Sequence record: OR352938.1
Source of the DNA: Escherichia phage AV108
Reading direction: 5' to 3' (one strand)
DNA length: 64,000 bases
Part shown: positions 52,590 through 63,474 of the stretch, piece by piece
Numbering within the stretch: the first letter of the stretch is position 1
How the letters are laid out: each line of letters begins with the position of its first letter
Translations under genes and position numbers: made by a program
The notes under the pieces: generated by a model
Database searches by the model: none
Told to the model about the DNA's origin: nothing
Seen by the model: the letters and a program-made list of their open reading frames with translations, nothing else

Positions 52590-54490
52590 CAAAGCAAAAG
52601 ATTACACAAATTCCTGATATTTTTAATGCTGCTACGTTTGATGAAATTAAAAGCGCATTAACAGACTGGATGAGAAACCAGGAAGAATTTAAAGATTTTG
52701 ATTTTAATGGTGCTGGCATTAACGTATTGATGGACTTGCTCGCATATAACACTCTGTATATTCAGCAATTCGCTAACGCCGCGCTATATGAATCTTTTAT
52801 CAGAACGGCAATTAAGCGTAGTTCAGTTGTTCAAGCCGCGCAAGATTTAGGATATTTGCCAGCAAGTAAAACTAGTGCATCGACCACAATTATGTTGCAC
52901 GTATCACATCCGCGAAATCCGGCAAGTATTCGAATCCCACGAGGAACTAAATTTATTGCAAGTGTGGATCGCCAGACTTCTTACCCGTTTGTGACTACAG
53001 AAGACGTTGTGAGCGTTTTAGGTTCAAATGGTTTATATACGCCTATGCTTAAAGTCGCACAAGGTCGTATTGTTCGTACAGAAATGTTATTTGATCCGAA
53101 GAAACAAATTCTGATCCGTGATCCTGATATTGACCGCGCTCAGGTTAAGTTGTGGGTAGATGGTGCTGAATGGAAAGACTGGACACGAGAAAGCATTGTT
53201 AACGCAACTGGCGCTAGTAATATTTTCTATATGCGTGAAACCGTAGACGGTCATACAGAAATCTTCTTTGGTGAAGGTGAATCAACTTTATCTGCTGCTG
53301 GCGGGGCGCTGGAAGCAAATTATATTGGTGGACTTAAGCCGTCAACTGGTGCTAATATTGTTATCGAATATATTAGCACTAAAGGCGCGGAAGCAAACGG
53401 TTCAGTTAATTTTACATATGCGGATACCCTTGCATCTATCTCTATTGTTAAAATTATTGAGAATCCGACAAATGATCGTGATTATGTCGGTGCAGATGGT
53501 GGTGGTGATCCTGAATCAATCGAACGTATCCGTGAACTTGCTCCGGTAATGCGTGAATCTCAGCGTCGTTGTGTTACTGCTTCTGACTATGAGGCTTTTG
53601 TATCTAGCCGTTTTGGTAGTATTGTTCAGGCGGTACAATGTTTCACCGACCGAGAAAAACCGGGTTATGCTTTTGTTGCGGTTAAGCCTAAATCTGGCTT
53701 GCGCTTGACAACTGTTCAAAAAGAAGATATGAGGGATTATCTGGCAAAATATAATCTTGCCCCTATCACGCCGAGCATCATTGACCCTAACTATCTGTAT
53801 ATTAAACAGAATATTAAAGTTTCCTATTCAATCAATGACTTGTCAGAATCAGAGCAGTGGTTGCGAGGTGCGGTTATTGATCAGATAGATGCATATTATA
53901 CCGACGAAGTGGAAATTTTTAACCAGACCTTTAGTAAGTCTAAAATGCTTGCTCGTATTGACAAAGCTGACGTGTCTGTGATAGGTTCTAGTGCAGAAAT
54001 CGAGATGGTGCGAGAGATCGACAACTTCTATAAAGCACCTATGGCTGGAATCAAGTTTTTAAACCAGTATAAGAGCGGAATCAAGTCTAGTTCGTTCAAC
54101 TTCGAAAAGGACGACAAGCAATATCCGATCCATTATGTAAGTACAGAAATGAACAAAGAATCAGGTTTAGCTAAATTGTTGGTTGGACCTTTCCCTGTTG
54201 ATTCTACAATCGCTTTACCGCACTATTCCGGCACTGATTTTGATAAAGAGGTTATTGACGGGGCGGACCTATACTTTGAGGTTGGAGAAGTTCAGCATTA
54301 TGACGACCTTATTTCATGGGATCTGGGTAAACTGAATATCAATAGCGATCGCTTTACTGGTTCATATATTGAGTTGACAGCTAAACCGATTGCTGATAAC
54401 ATCTTTACTAAAGACGGTTCTTTGATCGTGTTTGAAAACGATCTCCGTCCTCAGTACACAACTATTAGTCTGGAGGCAATTGCTCAATGA
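52586..54490 (+). CDS. 6: Baseplate wedge protein gp6
   Basis: 634 aa (T4 660); position 5.4-6-7. Confidence 0.7.
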   Translation: MTKQKITQIPDIFNAATFDEIKSALTDWMRNQEEFKDFDFNGAGINVLMDLLAYNTLYIQQFANAALYESFIRTAIKRSSVVQAAQDLGYLPASKTSASTTIMLHVSHPRNPASIRIPRGTKFIASVDRQTSYPFVTTEDVVSVLGSNGLYTPMLKVAQGRIVRTEMLFDPKKQILIRDPDIDRAQVKLWVDGAEWKDWTRESIVNATGASNIFYMRETVDGHTEIFFGEGESTLSAAGGALEANYIGGLKPSTGANIVIEYISTKGAEANGSVNFTYADTLASISIVKIIENPTNDRDYVGADGGGDPESIERIRELAPVMRESQRRCVTASDYEAFVSSRFGSIVQAVQCFTDREKPGYAFVAVKPKSGLRLTTVQKEDMRDYLAKYNLAPITPSIIDPNYLYIKQNIKVSYSINDLSESEQWLRGAVIDQIDAYYTDEVEIFNQTFSKSKMLARIDKADVSVIGSSAEIEMVREIDNFYKAPMAGIKFLNQYKSGIKSSSFNFEKDDKQYPIHYVSTEMNKESGLAKLLVGPFPVDSTIALPHYSGTDFDKEVIDGADLYFEVGEVQHYDDLISWDLGKLNINSDRFTGSYIELTAKPIADNIFTKDGSLIVFENDLRPQYTTISLEAIAQ

Positions 54491-57400
54491 TTAAAGCGCC
54501 TAGTGTAACTAGCTTGACAATAGAAAAATTGTCTGCTAATCAGGCGTATATCACATGGGATGACGTAGGCGAAAACTTCTTTTATTTTGTGGAGTTAGCC
54601 GAAACCAGAACACGAGACGGGGAGATCATCCCCGTCGATGAGTTAAGCTGGGTAAACCTGGGATATACTGCCGACCAAAACTGGTTTGAGGATAAAAACC
54701 TTTTTCCAGAATATTATTACAAATTTCGTGTAGCAGTAGCCGCAGAAGGATTTGAACAAAGTAAATGGATTGAAACCGAAGAGTTTCAGACATTTAAAAC
54801 AAACGCATATAATTTTTCTATGATGCGAGAGTTCAACCTTGCAAACGAATTTGTTAAGCAAAAGTTTACATATGATAATCGTGATTATATTAAATTCAAT
54901 ACTGATTTAATTCAAGCATCATTGATGCAGGAAGATTTTGTCTTTAGTCCTGAATATGCAAACATCACAAATATTTCTAACAAAATTATTGTTGATGAAA
55001 ACTTTCATGAAATACAGGATCACATAGAAAAAGTTTGTACTGATATAAACCGCACTATGTTAGCGGAAATGAACGGTGTTTTGTACCTTTTCGAACGGTT
55101 CCAGCCGATCGTGAAAGTGTCAAATGATAAAGGTCAATCATGGAAAGCATACAAGGCTTTTAATGATCGTGTAGGCAATCCGGTTTCCCGCACATGCGTT
55201 TATCAGTCTAAAACCACTACTTACGTTTTAGGATATGACCGAATCTTTTACGGACGACAAGCGAGCGATACTCGATGGAGCGCGGACGATGTTCGATTTA
55301 GTGATGATACGATCACTTTTGCAAAGGTTGGTGACGAGAACGATTTAGGCTTTGACGTTGAGGTCTTTGGTGTATTTTCCAGATTAACAGGGGACACCAC
55401 AAAATACGCCGAAGCTATGGCGTGCAGTGATGACTATTTGTGGGTTGGTGCTAAAGATGTTATTCGCCGGATTCGTCTTAAGAATACTCCAGTTGATACC
55501 GTACAGGGTTCGCCTACGTTTGGCGAAAAAATATTCGATCCTGATGTTATCCGAGTAACAGGAAATGATAAAGCTGTCATTCAGAAAATGGATGTGATCG
55601 ACGGTAAATTGCTTGTATTTGTTACTGGTGAAGTTAAACAGCGTTATCAAGATCCAACCAAACCAGAAAACGTTGTTCCGTCAGATGATGCGGGTGTATA
55701 CTTAATAGGGAGTGATGGTCTGTCTTTTCAGAGAGTATTTGGCAACACTCCGCAGGAAAGGGAATATATTCAGCATGGGTTCAGTAATATGTCAACCAAT
55801 GGTGATGAGGTGTTTATAAGCCATTATAATCATCACTTCGAAAGCATTTTACCTGATCCAGAAACTGCCGCGAAATATGAATTGGGCGAAGCTGTAAAAT
55901 ATTCTCAGGAGCCAACTTATCTAACTGATAAGAAAATACATCAAACTACTTTCAGAGCAAGTTATGATGATTTGCGTATTTGGGAGTTAGGACCGCAAGC
56001 GTATTATAATGAGGCCGACTATACATGGATGCGTCGAAACGGTGTTCGTGTATGGATCACAAATGATAATCGCCCGTTGGTTGTTTATCCAGAAGTTGTC
56101 TATACGCAGGAAGTTGATACTTCCGGCATTCTTGATAAAAACAGAATTAACCGTGAAGTTTATGATAAAGGGACCGTGACCTGTTATCTTAACAATGTTA
56201 AATTTGAAGGATTCAAACAATATGCATCCGGTGTAATGTTCCATAAAAACACGGGAGAGATCATTGGATTCTATCAATTTAATTATCGTGTTCGTGACCA
56301 AGTTGGTGTATATTGGAAACCTACAAATGTAGCATTTGTTGCTGAATTGCAAAATCAGGTTCGAGAGGTTCCCTGGGTTCCGGTTCACTACGATCGAGAG
56401 CAAGATCCAGATTTGCGACCTTTACTGAATAAGATGACACCTGATAGCTTTTTACTTGAGAACGAAAATTTCAGAAAATTCTCTGAATATTATCTGCAAT
56501 TCTTAAGTGATGGTTCAGGAACATATTATAATAAACTAAAAAATCTGATTAAAAACAAATATCCACGCGAGCAAGATGCATATGAGTATCTTTGGTCAGA
56601 GATGAACAAACGAAACATCTATGCAGATAAAAACAAGCGAGATGCGGTCGTAAGATTCTTTGAATCCCGCAAATCAGATTTTTATTCCACTAAGGGCGTG
56701 GAGGCTTCTTATAAGTTCTTGTTTAAGTTACTTTATAATGAAGATGTGGAAATTGAGGTTGAATCACAAGCCGGACTAGAGTATGATATTGTTGTTAGTT
56801 CAACGAACATTGACGAGGATATCGTAGGTCGCACGATTTATACCCCGACCGGACGGGCTAACGTGACTTATCTTGAAAGGGAATATGAAGGTGGACGTCT
56901 ACGCTGGCGAGTAACCATTCATAACCTGATCGGGCGGTTCGAAGAAGGTCAAGTGATCAAATCAGAGAAAACAGCGTTTGAAGGGATGATCCTTGTTGGT
57001 GTGCGTGGTAAAGAGTTGTTGAGTAGTTCAATCGACTATATCAACCGCTCACGAAGCCAATACACCATGAAGATTAAAAGTGCATTGCCAGTTTCGCGCT
57101 ATGCAAATGATGTAATGCGATTCGTTCATCCTGTCGGCTTTGGGTTTATCGGTGTTACCCTGCTTACGATGTTCATTAACAGCGGGTTGAGCATGAAGCA
57201 CACCGAGACGATAATTCAATCTCTGAAAAATTATAAGTTTGACAGCGGATTGCCTAGCGTGTATCCTGATCGGGTGGCAGACCTTGACGTTGACGGAAAC
57301 ATTAAGAAAGACCCACTAACAGGGAAACCATTATACTTAACGTCACCGACAATGGGCGAAGAGTTCCCCGTTCCTCCTGAATATGATCAGGAGAACAGCG

Positions 57401-57573
57401 AATTGTTCCACGGACTTAAAGCAAGCGAACGAAGATTTGCAATGAGTCCACTGTTTGACCAGTCGGCGGTAACATTCTCTATGTTCCGTGAACTTGTAGA
57501 TAAACGGTTGAAGGATAATATAGGGAGTCCACGCGATCCGAAGAATCCGACACAGAGGAAAATTAATGGCTAA
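54487..57573 (+). CDS. 7: Baseplate wedge initiator gp7
   Basis: 1028 aa (T4 1032); ATGA coupling to gp6. Confidence 0.75.
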   Translation: MIKAPSVTSLTIEKLSANQAYITWDDVGENFFYFVELAETRTRDGEIIPVDELSWVNLGYTADQNWFEDKNLFPEYYYKFRVAVAAEGFEQSKWIETEEFQTFKTNAYNFSMMREFNLANEFVKQKFTYDNRDYIKFNTDLIQASLMQEDFVFSPEYANITNISNKIIVDENFHEIQDHIEKVCTDINRTMLAEMNGVLYLFERFQPIVKVSNDKGQSWKAYKAFNDRVGNPVSRTCVYQSKTTTYVLGYDRIFYGRQASDTRWSADDVRFSDDTITFAKVGDENDLGFDVEVFGVFSRLTGDTTKYAEAMACSDDYLWVGAKDVIRRIRLKNTPVDTVQGSPTFGEKIFDPDVIRVTGNDKAVIQKMDVIDGKLLVFVTGEVKQRYQDPTKPENVVPSDDAGVYLIGSDGLSFQRVFGNTPQEREYIQHGFSNMSTNGDEVFISHYNHHFESILPDPETAAKYELGEAVKYSQEPTYLTDKKIHQTTFRASYDDLRIWELGPQAYYNEADYTWMRRNGVRVWITNDNRPLVVYPEVVYTQEVDTSGILDKNRINREVYDKGTVTCYLNNVKFEGFKQYASGVMFHKNTGEIIGFYQFNYRVRDQVGVYWKPTNVAFVAELQNQVREVPWVPVHYDREQDPDLRPLLNKMTPDSFLLENENFRKFSEYYLQFLSDGSGTYYNKLKNLIKNKYPREQDAYEYLWSEMNKRNIYADKNKRDAVVRFFESRKSDFYSTKGVEASYKFLFKLLYNEDVEIEVESQAGLEYDIVVSSTNIDEDIVGRTIYTPTGRANVTYLEREYEGGRLRWRVTIHNLIGRFEEGQVIKSEKTAFEGMILVGVRGKELLSSSIDYINRSRSQYTMKIKSALPVSRYANDVMRFVHPVGFGFIGVTLLTMFINSGLSMKHTETIIQSLKNYKFDSGLPSVYPDRVADLDVDGNIKKDPLTGKPLYLTSPTMGEEFPVPPEYDQENSELFHGLKASERRFAMSPLFDQSAVTFSMFRELVDKRLKDNIGSPRDPKNPTQRKING

Positions 57574-58561
57574 TGAAAATAGTGTGATCTATCGCTCAAT
57601 CATTACTAGTAAATTCAGAACGGAAAAACTTCTGAATTTCTATAATTCTGTAGGCGATGAGGCAAATCAAATTACAATTTATGGAACGTTTGGACGTTCG
57701 GAGCCGTGGTCAGAAAACGAAAAAGAGGTGGGCTTTGCCCCACCTTATCCGACCGATTCAACAGCTGGTGTTGTTGACATGTGGACCCATATGATGGGGG
57801 CGGTTAAGATTAACAAATCACTTCTTGATGCGGTTATCCCTCGTAAAGATTGGGGTGATACCGGACAGGATAACCCGCGCACATTCTTTATCAATGACAT
57901 TGTTGTTGTCAACTCAGCACCATATAACCGAACTGATGTTGGTAGCGGCTGGATGGTGTATCGCGTAACCGATGTTCCTGATCGCGGTTACTGCTCGATT
58001 TCAAGCATTGACGCTAAAGTAGAGTGTTTGAAGTTGGGCGGAAAGTGGACACCCACTCATGAATCAATTGCGCCACCTGTAGGAAAGGGCGATTCTATTG
58101 ATATGGGTGATGGGTATCGTTGGGAATATCTGTACACAATTCCACCTGATGCGGCGATCAACCGTTGCACCAATGAACATATTGTTGTACCGTTCCCCGA
58201 TGAACTGCGACAAGATCCGGCGCGTTGGGGCTATGACAATGCGATCACATGGTATAATGACTATAATCTTCTTTATCGGCTGAAAGTAGTAACTTTGCGT
58301 TTTCAGGCTTATATGGACTCTGCGCAATTCCCAACTACCGCGTTAGTGGGTAATACTGGTTTCCGTCAGTTAAGCATTATCCTTAACCCATTGGAAAAGA
58401 AAGCACGCCCTAGCGATCCAGACGTTAAAGCGGTCAAAGATAAGTACCGACCGCAAGACTTAGAGCCACACTCAGGCGAAATGATCTACATGGAAAACCG
58501 ACAACCTATCGTTCGGTCATTAGATCAAACAGAACTTGTTTCTGTATTGTTTGAGTTCTAA
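57566..58561 (+). CDS. 8: Baseplate wedge protein gp8
   Basis: 331 aa (T4 334); position after gp7. Confidence 0.7.
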   Translation: MANENSVIYRSIITSKFRTEKLLNFYNSVGDEANQITIYGTFGRSEPWSENEKEVGFAPPYPTDSTAGVVDMWTHMMGAVKINKSLLDAVIPRKDWGDTGQDNPRTFFINDIVVVNSAPYNRTDVGSGWMVYRVTDVPDRGYCSISSIDAKVECLKLGGKWTPTHESIAPPVGKGDSIDMGDGYRWEYLYTIPPDAAINRCTNEHIVVPFPDELRQDPARWGYDNAITWYNDYNLLYRLKVVTLRFQAYMDSAQFPTTALVGNTGFRQLSIILNPLEKKARPSDPDVKAVKDKYRPQDLEPHSGEMIYMENRQPIVRSLDQTELVSVLFEF

Positions 58562-58577
58562 GTGTATGATTTTAAAA

Positions 58578-58602
58578 GCCAATTCGAGAGAGTTGGCTTT
58601 TT
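58578..58602 (+). terminator. Rho-independent terminator after gp8
   Basis: GCCAAttcgagagagTTGGC followed by TTTTT. Confidence 0.6.
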
Positions 58603-58614
58603 CTATTTTGAGTG

Positions 58615-58642
58615 TTGACAATCTTATTTGGTAAGGTATAAT
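58615..58642 (+). promoter_or_regulatory. sigma70-type promoter (TTGACA-N16-TATAAT) inside late baseplate cluster
   Basis: gTTGACAatcttatttggtaaggTATAATacac followed by GGAGGATAAATT-ATG. Confidence 0.6.
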
Positions 58643-58671
58643 ACACACATCTAAACAACGGAGGATAAATT

Positions 58672-58929
58672 ATGGCACGTCGTAAATTTACAGATAATTG
58701 TGAAGCAATTCAGGTATCCCCTTGCGGTTGGGATGTGATCGCGAACGGTGAAAAGATCGGAGAGATCATCGATCATACTCATTCATCATTAGCCGATTAC
58801 ACCGATGAACTGTGGGAGGGTATCAACTTCATGAATGACACTAAACGATTCAAGACTATCGACGAAGCTATCTATTTTGTGTATAATCCAACTTTCGGTA
58901 TGTGGGGAACTAGAAAATGGCACGCGTAA
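58672..58929 (+). CDS. Hypothetical protein (85 aa), first gene of inserted cassette
   Basis: Strong GGAGGA RBS. Confidence 0.5.
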   Translation: MARRKFTDNCEAIQVSPCGWDVIANGEKIGEIIDHTHSSLADYTDELWEGINFMNDTKRFKTIDEAIYFVYNPTFGMWGTRKWHA

Positions 58930-59249
58930 ATATTAAATTGCATTACACAATGAATAAAGCTAAGTTCCCAATGCAAAAGCATTACTATGGTCTACGTGCA
59001 CAAGATCCTAAACTCTATGGTACTCATTGGTTTTGTAAACATGATAACCAATGGCACACATACGAAGAAATGCACGAGATGATGAAACAGGGTATTGAAT
59101 TTAGTTATTCTAATTATGACCATCGTATAACTTGCATTCGAAAATTGAAACGATGGATTCGTAAGAATCCGCAATTTAAAAACTTTGTGTTCTTTATGTC
59201 TCATGTTTATTTGGGACATAGCGTTACCGTCACAGCAAAGGTTAAATAA
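58917..59249 (+). CDS. Hypothetical Cys/His-rich protein (110 aa)
   Basis: Overlapping stop/start coupling; HWFCKHDNQWH...C pattern. Confidence 0.5.
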   Translation: MARVNIKLHYTMNKAKFPMQKHYYGLRAQDPKLYGTHWFCKHDNQWHTYEEMHEMMKQGIEFSYSNYDHRITCIRKLKRWIRKNPQFKNFVFFMSHVYLGHSVTVTAKVK

Positions 59250-60088
59250 TGGCACGACTTTCTAAACAAGAACAAAAATTACACGATCGGGTGATGGAGT
59301 TGATTAATTCAGATCGCCCATTGACATATGAAGAAAAAGAATTTTGCTATAATAACTATCATGGCGATGGTCTAGGCGGTTCAGGTGCATTCTTTACCCC
59401 AGAAGGGCTTGCATGGGATTTTACCATCGATGCACATTGCACAGGAAAAGTATTAGATCTTTGTGCTGGGATCGGTCGCTTATCTTTTTGTATGTTACAT
59501 CGTTGTAAGCCAGAAAAGATCGTATGCGTCGAACTCAATCCAGAATTTGCGCGTATTGGCAAGCGACTATTACCGGAGGCAGAATGGATCACCAGCGATG
59601 TATTCGAATTTGAGTCAAACGAAAAATTCGATGTTGTAATTAGCAATCCACCTTTCGGGAAAATCAACACAACCAACACAAAGGATGTATTTGAATATAC
59701 TGGCGGTGAGTTTGAATTTAAGGTTATGACATTAGGCCAGAAGTTTGCCGATGTAGGTTATTTTATTGTTCCTTCTGGTTCCGCTGGTTTTGCTTATTCC
59801 GGCAGACCTTATTATGACGGGACCATGAAGTCCAATAAATATCTAAAATGGAGCAAACAAACTGGTTTGGTGACTTATGCCGGATGTGGGATCGATACAT
59901 CAATCTATCGCGATGAATGGCACAGTACCAACGTTTTAACAGAAGTGGTTGAGGTTCGGTATTACGAGAAAGAAGCCGTAGAAGCGCCTAAATCACGCCC
60001 TAACGAACAAATAGAAGAAAGTAAGGAGATTACCTTACCGAAACAGGAAAGCGAGTCTGGGACGCTCTCAGATTTGTTTGACATTTAA
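59249..60088 (+). CDS. N6-adenine DNA methyltransferase (gamma-class amino-MTase)
   Basis: Motif order FFTP (X) - VLDLCAGIGRLS (I) - VISNPPFGK (IV) typical of gamma-class N6A MTases. Confidence 0.7.
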   Translation: MARLSKQEQKLHDRVMELINSDRPLTYEEKEFCYNNYHGDGLGGSGAFFTPEGLAWDFTIDAHCTGKVLDLCAGIGRLSFCMLHRCKPEKIVCVELNPEFARIGKRLLPEAEWITSDVFEFESNEKFDVVISNPPFGKINTTNTKDVFEYTGGEFEFKVMTLGQKFADVGYFIVPSGSAGFAYSGRPYYDGTMKSNKYLKWSKQTGLVTYAGCGIDTSIYRDEWHSTNVLTEVVEVRYYEKEAVEAPKSRPNEQIEESKEITLPKQESESGTLSDLFDI

Positions 60089-60093
60089 TTATA

Positions 60094-60119
60094 AGCCGTC
60101 CTCGTGGGCGGCTTTTTTG
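60094..60119 (+). terminator. Rho-independent terminator after methyltransferase cassette
   Basis: AGCCGTCCtcgtGGGCGGCT followed by TTTTTT. Confidence 0.6.
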
Positions 60120-60128
60120 TATGTATTT

Positions 60129-60136
60129 TATAAATA
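60129..60136 (+). promoter_or_regulatory. T4-type late promoter TATAAATA upstream of gene 9
   Basis: Exact TATAAATA ~28 nt upstream of gp9 ATG, GAGGAA RBS. Confidence 0.55.
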
Positions 60137-60163
60137 ATACATCATAACATGAGGAATTAAACA

Positions 60164-61018
60164 ATGGCACAAGTTCCAAAGAAAAGAATAGACACAGGTA
60201 CTGTCGGCAATCCATCGACTGGCGATATCTTATATGATGGCGGTAATAAAATTAACGATAACTTTGATTCAATATATGACGCATTTGCTGATCAGCGGTT
60301 TAAAGACGTAGACCACGGCGTGGGAAGAATGGTTATTCATGCAACCGGATACTATCAGAAGCATCCACGTCAAAGCTACGCTGGTTCCGCTGTTGAGATT
60401 GGGAGTCTACACGATATCGATACAACTCAAGGCGCACTTATTGCTATTCTACCTAAAGCAAAGGTCGGTGAGGGTGTTGTATTCATAAATAGTAACGGTA
60501 GCCTTTCAACGACGACACCGCTCAATATTCGAACTCAAGCAGGTGATTCTATTAGCGGTTATTCCGGTGATGCTACAATAACACAACCATTTTCAAAAGT
60601 CACTGTTTGGTGTACTGCCGTTGAAGGTAGTCGCGTAACATGGCGATTGGGTATCGAAAGTATGTTTACCGATACAACAACGCCATTAGATAAAACAGTT
60701 AACGTAACTGGAGTAGCAACAAACGTTGCTATTGCCGCAAAAACAGAATACGTTTCCATCAAATTATTAACTACCGCTAGCAATACATCCGGTTCAAAAA
60801 TGCGTTCAAGTGAAACGCTACTGATGATTGATTCTAAAGCCGGAAAAGTTTATGCGACGGAATATGCAGTTTTGCAGAAGACAGAAGATGAACTATACAC
60901 GGTTCATTATTTCATCGGTTCCGGCGATAAAGTATATGCAGAGTATAAGGCTACTGGCGAAAATATTCGTTTAGCAGTTAAAGCCGTAGACACTATTAAA
61001 ATCGGGGTTGCTACATGA
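60164..61018 (+). CDS. 9: Baseplate wedge/long-tail-fiber connector gp9
   Basis: PKKRIDTGTVGNPSTGDILYDGGNKINDNFDSIYDAF...IHATGYYQKH...FINSNGS colinear with T4 gp9. Confidence 0.85.
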   Translation: MAQVPKKRIDTGTVGNPSTGDILYDGGNKINDNFDSIYDAFADQRFKDVDHGVGRMVIHATGYYQKHPRQSYAGSAVEIGSLHDIDTTQGALIAILPKAKVGEGVVFINSNGSLSTTTPLNIRTQAGDSISGYSGDATITQPFSKVTVWCTAVEGSRVTWRLGIESMFTDTTTPLDKTVNVTGVATNVAIAAKTEYVSIKLLTTASNTSGSKMRSSETLLMIDSKAGKVYATEYAVLQKTEDELYTVHYFIGSGDKVYAEYKATGENIRLAVKAVDTIKIGVAT

Positions 61019-62817
61019 AACAATTAATTAATATCGGTAACGTTGTTGATGACGGTACAGGTGATTATCTAAGAAAAGGCGGTCAAAAGATTAATGACAA
61101 CTTTTCTGAACTTTATACTAAGCTGGGGGATGGTGATATCCCTCATGCATCCGGCGCGTGGAAAACTCACACACAACCAGTATTAAAACCAAATTTTGGT
61201 GATGCATGGGCGATTAATACAACGAACAACGCTGTTTCTGTTGAATTGCCTAAAGGAAGCGCGAGTGATTATAATAAAACAATTAAACTTCGTGATGTTT
61301 GGCGCTCATGGGCTGCACATAACGTAACGTTGAAGCCAGCGCAAGGTGATACCATTAAGGGATCTCCAATCGACCGTGAGTTGTATAAAGATTTCATGGA
61401 TGTTGAATTGGTTTATTGTGCGCCCGGACGTTGGGAATATGTCGAAAATAAACGAGTAGATACTATCACCACTTCCGATTTAAGCACAGTCGCTAAGGAA
61501 GTTTATATTGCAACCGAAGGACAAACAGACTTCCCTAATGTGTTTGGTTCCAATACTTACAATATTCGAAATGTTGAAGTGTATTATCGCGGTAACTTGC
61601 TTTATTATGGCAAGGATTTAACCGATGATTCTAACTATGGTTCAATCGGTGAAAACGGTGATATTGTTCCTCTGGACGGTAAAAGCATTAAATTACGCTT
61701 CCCTTGTTCGGCGGGTGATACCATTCAAATCATCACTTATATGGACGGTATCGCATCCTTCCGGTCAAGCTATATTACTCATACAATCCGCGTTTATGAA
61801 ACAGGAATGACCACTTTGGAATCCATCCCTGGTGAAGTTTGGGTCGGTGAACTTGCTAATAAGAAAGAGTTTACTAATGCTGAATTAGGCGTAAGTAAGC
61901 GAGATCTTATTAATCCAAATTCATTTGAATTGCTGATCAACGGCACACAAATGATTAAAGCGGGTGATGCGGATTTACCTTCCTTTATTTGTGAAGGTGC
62001 TGACGGTGAAACGGAAGAAACCTGCGTACTTGCTGGCGGTCAATGGGTGGAATCTGGTGAAGATTATTCATTAATGTTTGACGAAAACAGCGTGGTGACT
62101 GGTATTAAATTATCTAAAGCACTAGATAACAGAGACACTATCACAATTCGCTGGTTTAATAATGATATCGGAACATTAATGGAATGGGATGGTGTAGGCG
62201 GTATTAAAGAAAAAGCAGATAAAATCTATCTTAATAACGAAGATGAAGTTACTCTGACAAATCGAATTGAATATACCGATTTCCAGAATCCAAGCCAAGC
62301 AACTAAACGCCCAATGGAAGATTATACAGGTCGTGTGATGGATATCTATTCCATCTTTGATATTTTCCATCCTATAGGCACAATTTATGAAAACGCGCAT
62401 AACCCAGCTAACCCGGCGACATATATGGGAATTGGTACATGGGTACGTTATGCGGAAGGAGAATTTCTGGCTGGTTGGTCTTCTGACGCAAGCGATCAAA
62501 ACTTCGCACTAAACAACAACGATCTTGATACACATGGTCAACCTACACACACCGCAGGTGGTAACGGTGGTGATGTTGCATACCAGATCAAGAAAAATAT
62601 GATTCCTGAATTACAGAGCAACGATCGAGTTCTTGTAAAAGATGATAACGGAAATATTATTATCGGTGGTTGTCAGGTAGACCCTGATGCAGTAGGTCCA
62701 GCGTTTACCAAATATCGAGAAGATAATGTTAAAGTTAATCAGGGAAATACCGATCCATCAATGATGGGTATTCTTCCTCCATACAGAACTGTCTATCGTT
62801 GGCTAAGGGTAGGTTAA
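61015..62817 (+). CDS. 10: Baseplate wedge/tail pin gp10
   Basis: 600 aa (T4 602); ATGA coupling to gp9. Confidence 0.7.
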   Translation: MKQLINIGNVVDDGTGDYLRKGGQKINDNFSELYTKLGDGDIPHASGAWKTHTQPVLKPNFGDAWAINTTNNAVSVELPKGSASDYNKTIKLRDVWRSWAAHNVTLKPAQGDTIKGSPIDRELYKDFMDVELVYCAPGRWEYVENKRVDTITTSDLSTVAKEVYIATEGQTDFPNVFGSNTYNIRNVEVYYRGNLLYYGKDLTDDSNYGSIGENGDIVPLDGKSIKLRFPCSAGDTIQIITYMDGIASFRSSYITHTIRVYETGMTTLESIPGEVWVGELANKKEFTNAELGVSKRDLINPNSFELLINGTQMIKAGDADLPSFICEGADGETEETCVLAGGQWVESGEDYSLMFDENSVVTGIKLSKALDNRDTITIRWFNNDIGTLMEWDGVGGIKEKADKIYLNNEDEVTLTNRIEYTDFQNPSQATKRPMEDYTGRVMDIYSIFDIFHPIGTIYENAHNPANPATYMGIGTWVRYAEGEFLAGWSSDASDQNFALNNNDLDTHGQPTHTAGGNGGDVAYQIKKNMIPELQSNDRVLVKDDNGNIIIGGCQVDPDAVGPAFTKYREDNVKVNQGNTDPSMMGILPPYRTVYRWLRVG

Positions 62818-62818
62818 T

Positions 62819-63463
62819 ATGATTTCTAAAACACGTTCAAAAGCTAGTGTATTTTCCAGCGATGCGGCGTTTATTTCATACGATCCAGGATCGAAAGATC
62901 CTGTTATCGGTGGTTCTCGTCCAATTGGTGGCGTTAATGTCGATCAATCAAGAAAAGGTTCCTATGTAAACAACGTTCAATCTGCAATTGATGACCTTTA
63001 TTCATTGTCAATGATCCGAATTGGTGATGTGTTGGTTACAACCAACTCAACTCCACCACAAGCCGCAGGACAGATTGAAACTCTGTCATTTTCTGGTTCT
63101 GTTAACAATCAGCATAATCCAGACACAAACAAAGTATTAATTGATGTTTTGGGTTATCCATTTATTGTTGATGTTGGGTCTTCCGGCGTTTCTCTATGTG
63201 AGAAAGTAACGGAAAAATTTACCGAACTAATGAATAAAAACATTATGTTCAAAGAAGTAAAAAGAAAAGGAAGTAGCAACGACCAATTAGAAATTCATTA
63301 TATCGATTCTCTTGAACACCCACCAACCGATATTAACAAGTACGGAATTACAATCACAGGAAATGTTGATTCTCCTGCTCGTGTTGGTTATGGTTCATGG
63401 TCTCGAATGGGTACAGAAGAGAAATTTGGAACTACCCTATATTATTTCAAACGTATTGCATAA
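62819..63463 (+). CDS. 11: Baseplate wedge/tail pin gp11
   Basis: 214 aa (T4 219); position 10-11-12. Confidence 0.7.
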   Translation: MISKTRSKASVFSSDAAFISYDPGSKDPVIGGSRPIGGVNVDQSRKGSYVNNVQSAIDDLYSLSMIRIGDVLVTTNSTPPQAAGQIETLSFSGSVNNQHNPDTNKVLIDVLGYPFIVDVGSSGVSLCEKVTEKFTELMNKNIMFKEVKRKGSSNDQLEIHYIDSLEHPPTDINKYGITITGNVDSPARVGYGSWSRMGTEEKFGTTLYYFKRIA

Positions 63464-63474
63464 GGTGATGTATA

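Noticed and set aside
50220-58327. Short minus-strand ORFs inside the plus-strand baseplate genes (for example 50371-50556, 51149-51457, 53516-53719, 54643-54861, 55987-56403, 58064-58327)
   Set aside because: Embedded antisense in long conserved structural genes; no expression signals.
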